A stretch of 63,982 nt of DNA, counting the filler, from Chiloscyllium plagiosum (lineage: Eukaryota), in assembly GCF_004010195.1 (NCBI RefSeq). It is 4 parts of one record of this genome, joined end to end, with 100 filler letters (N's around TTAATTAATTAA, not from the genome) between each part and the next. Parts side by side here need not be neighbours in the genome. Positions count along the whole stretch, not along the records: positions 62,948 to 63,982 come from NC_057710.1; 3 more parts are not named here. The stretch is one strand, 5' to 3'. Below the pieces are notes generated by a model that was not told where the DNA came from, did not search any database, and worked only from the letters and a program-made list of their open reading frames with translations. This document shows positions 62,948 to 63,982 of the stretch, in pieces. Position numbers and translations under genes: made by a program. Each line of letters opens with the position of its first letter. Position 1 is the stretch's first letter.

Positions 62948-63982
62948 CCTTAATATATTTGTAAAAACCCTTTGGATTCTCCTTAATTCTATTTGCCAAA
63001 GCTATCTCATATCCCCTTTTTGCCCACCTGATTTCCCTCTTAAGTATACTCTTACTTTCTTTATACTCTTCTAAGGATTCACTCGATCTATCCTGTTATA
63101 TCTGACATAAGCTTCCTTCTTTTTCTTAACCAAACCCTCAATTTCCTTAATCATCCAGCATTCCCTATACCTACCAGCCTTCCCTTTCACCCTGACAGGA
63201 ATATACTTTCTCTGGATTCTTGTTATCTCATTTCTGAAGGCTTCCCATTTTCCAGCCGTCCCTTTACCTGCGAACATTCTCCAATCAGCTTTTGAACGTT
63301 CTTGCCTAATTCCGTCAAAATTGGCCTTTTTCCAATTTAGAATTTCAACTTTTTGATCTGTTCTTTCCTTTTCCATCACTATTTTAAAACGAATAGAATT
63401 ATGGTCGCTGGCCCCAAAGTGCTCCCCTGCTGACACCTCAGTCACCTGCCCTGCCTTATTTCCCGAGAGTAGGTCAAGTTTTGCACCTTCACTCGTAGGT
63501 ACATCCACATACTGAATCAGAAAATTGTCTTGTACGCACTTAAGAAATTCCTCTCCGTCTAAAGCTTTAACACTATGGCAGTCCCAGTCAATGTTTGGAA
63601 CGTTAAAATCCCCTACCATAACTATCTTATTATTCTTACAGATAGCTGAGATCTCCTGACAAGTTTGTTTCTCAATTTCTCTCTGACAATAAGGGGTCTG
63701 TAATACAATCCCAATAAGGTGATCATCCCTTTGTTATTCCTCAGTTCCACCCAAATAACTCCCTGGATGTATCTGGGATGTATCTGGGAATATCCTCCCT
63801 CAGCACAGCTTGTAATGCTATCCATTATCAAAAATGCCACTCCCCCTCCTCTCTTGCCCCCCTTTCTATCCTACCTGTAGCATTTGTATCCTGGAACATT
63901 AAGCTGCCAGTCCTGCCCATCCCTGAGCCATGTTTCTGTAATTGCTATAATATCCCAGTCCCATGTTCCTAACCATGCCCTG
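62948..63982 (-). mobile_element. CR1 ORF2 APE region, running off the window
   Basis: LGLYYRP, VGDFNVPNIDW and GASDHNSI. Confidence 0.88.

Overview
Vertebrate, almost certainly elasmobranch (shark-type) genomic DNA, mostly transposon-derived. The only host-gene sequence is the large coding exon of a ZBTB7-family gene, most like ZBTB7C, on the minus strand (exon 8014-6679, ATG at 8006; BTB/POZ domain, acidic linker, first C2H2 finger and half of the second). Splice signals are clear and the last exon lies outside the window, so much of the window is probably intron. The rest is nested CR1 LINEs, HE1-type V-SINEs, older SINEs, an L2-like LINE, an RTE fragment, decayed Gypsy pol, pogo and Harbinger-like remnants, a tRNA-Val(TAC) pseudogene, a 33-bp minisatellite and six assembly gaps. 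Most notable: (1) two families of Penelope-like termini, often perfect inverted repeats, carrying minimal hammerhead ribozyme cores; (2) a decayed copy of the gene's own zinc-finger-1 sequence about 80 nt upstream of the exon, inside a candidate 96-nt exon; (3) same-subfamily CR1 copies in inverted orientation around the coding exon. All calls come from reading the sequence by eye. Repeat boundaries are approximate and no searches were run.
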